Assembly (NCBI GenBank): GCA_038496445.1 | Contig: JALMLS010000064.1 | Span: 310,001-374,000 of the forward strand | DNA from: Trichosphaerium sp. ATCC 40318 | Taxonomy: Eukaryota > Protista > Tubulinea | DNA length: 64,000 bases | Direction: 5' to 3' | Shown here: positions 62,379-64,000 of the stretch, piece by piece | How the letters are laid out: each line of letters opens with the position of its first letter | How positions within the stretch are numbered: the first letter of the stretch is position 1 | Notes under the pieces: model-generated | The model's input: only the letters and a program-made list of their open reading frames with translations | The model's database searches: none | What the model was told of the DNA's origin: nothing | Position numbers and translations under genes: made by a program

Positions 62379-64000
62379 TCACTTCAATAGATCGTCCAGA
62401 AGATCATTTTTAGCCCATGTTGGAATAGTAACACGAAGCTTTGGGTTGCTTTCCATTGCCCTAAAGCAAGTATTACAAAAAATAACTTCACCAAAAAACC
62501 AACTTACTTTTTGCATGCAAATTCAGCGTTGTCGTTACCAGACCAAGCACGTCTTGCTACTCCATTGTTTACATCCCAGAACAACATCTGAGTGGCTCTA
62601 TCTAGTGCGCTATCAGACCCATCGAGAACAAGTCCAAAACCGCCATTCATAGCTAGTCCCCATCCAGTACCACCTCCCTTTAAAAAAAAGACATTAACAA
62701 TAATGGTGTTGGGAAAACGCAACAATTAACGTACATTGTGAAGTGCGACCCAATCTGCACCTCTCATAGCGTCTCCAATACAATTCTGAACAGCCTAAAT
62801 AGGTTTTAGTACAATGAAGCGAAATCGAACTATTGAGTTGATTTACCATATCAGCACAAAACTTGGAGCCATCTGTAATATTTGACGTCTCTCTGAACGG
62901 ACTATCCGGATAATGTAAGAAGAAAGTTGTAGAAGCACATCCAAGTAATGTTAGAAAGTACCTATCAGTGCCGCTGACATCATGGTGATCTCTGCTAATA
63001 ACCACAGGCGCTTTTAATTTGCCTAACATAGAAAGATTACTAATGGTAGCTTGTTTAAAAGAAGTGCGAAGTGTACCGTCTCTGACAGCCTTATTAAAGC
63101 GTTTAGCTATTTCTACTCTTCCCTTACAGTCTGAGTATAGAATACGAGCTTGAGAACCAACAACAATATTATGCCTAAAAGCATTGTCAGTAACAATAAA
63201 AACTCACTTAAGTTTTTCGCAGTGAGTACTTTTCTGCTTCTGTAACCCATAATAGGTTATCCTTGTACTGCTGTTGTTGTCTCGGATCACTTTTATCTAC
63301 ATACATAATTAAGCCACGTACAAAGGTAATGTATCAAGAACATACCATGAAGCTCTCTGCACACTTCAGCAGCGATTTTATCAGTAAGTCTCAAATCATC
63401 AGGATCACCACTAGTACAGATCCCTACCGAATTTAAATACTCCAAAATATCATTAAAGATCTGACTTACATCTGAAAGGACCAAATCCAAGTGAGAAAAT
63501 ATCACCTGCGCGCAATTAAAACCATCAATCAAAAAGAAAAAAATTCCAAAAATGGGCTTTTCTTGGTACCCATGATATCTTCAACGTATGATGGGTATTT
63601 AAATTTCGCATCTTCTCCATGTTGCATGATATCAGCACCTGCAAGGCTCGCTTGGTACAAGCTAAATAAATATAAGCATTTGCAAAAATACGTAAACAAA
63701 ATATTACATACAAGGAGTTTCCGTAATCCCAGAACTTCATTCCGTCTTTGCATAGTGTATTCACAGCATTAACATGTCTCTTAAGTGAAGCTTTCACAGC
63801 TTCTCTATATTGTATTTTAGCCAATTGTGAAAGAAAGTAGAGTACAATCACATACTTGAATCCATTAGGGTTTTCAGCCATCATTTTATTGGCTTCATCA
63901 AAGGACATGCCCGCAGGGTAGTAGCCGCCATTGAAAGGGTTGTGTAGACTTGTTTGATCTGATCCTAACTCAATCTTTGTACCTTCTTTAACAAACTTCT
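62379..64000 (-). CDS. UROC1: Urocanate hydratase (3' part; runs off window end)
   Basis: SDQTSLHNP, FWDYGN, YPSYV, VGSQARI, SRDHHDVSGTDSPFRETS, HNGGGTGWG, WDVNNGVARR. Confidence 0.95.

Overview
AT-rich, gene-dense eukaryotic DNA with many short spliceosomal introns (mostly about 40-60 nt, donors often GTACG). This looks like a protist, plausibly an amoebozoan (inference). The ORF track fragments most genes, so I rebuilt gene models by hand and several boundaries are approximate. Housekeeping genes include QDPR, ZC3H14/Nab2-like, a peroxisomal long-chain acyl-CoA synthetase, a Vps62-like protein, a GH18 chitinase, GCFC2/PAXBP1-like, PLPBP, ERGIC-like, GrpE and urocanase. Mobile DNA: a 5'-truncated non-LTR retrotransposon (RT-RNase H-CCHC, structured 3' UTR, poly(A)) whose 5' end abuts an intron-retaining duplicate of the neighbouring gene, and a 2,182-bp apparently non-coding LTR element with identical 120-bp LTRs and a 4-bp TSD inserted in an F-box gene. 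The most notable accessory content is a family of F-box-like proteins with variable LRR or MORN repeat arrays, including a duplicated convergent LRR/MORN pair. Also notable are a BRCT-DUF4062-NACHT-TPR (NLR-like) protein, two tandem GH16 genes with a degenerate catalytic motif, a PIN/NYN-like gene, two candidate structured ncRNAs and an enriched RTCACGTGAY palindrome in introns. No rRNA, tRNA or CRISPR array was recognised.
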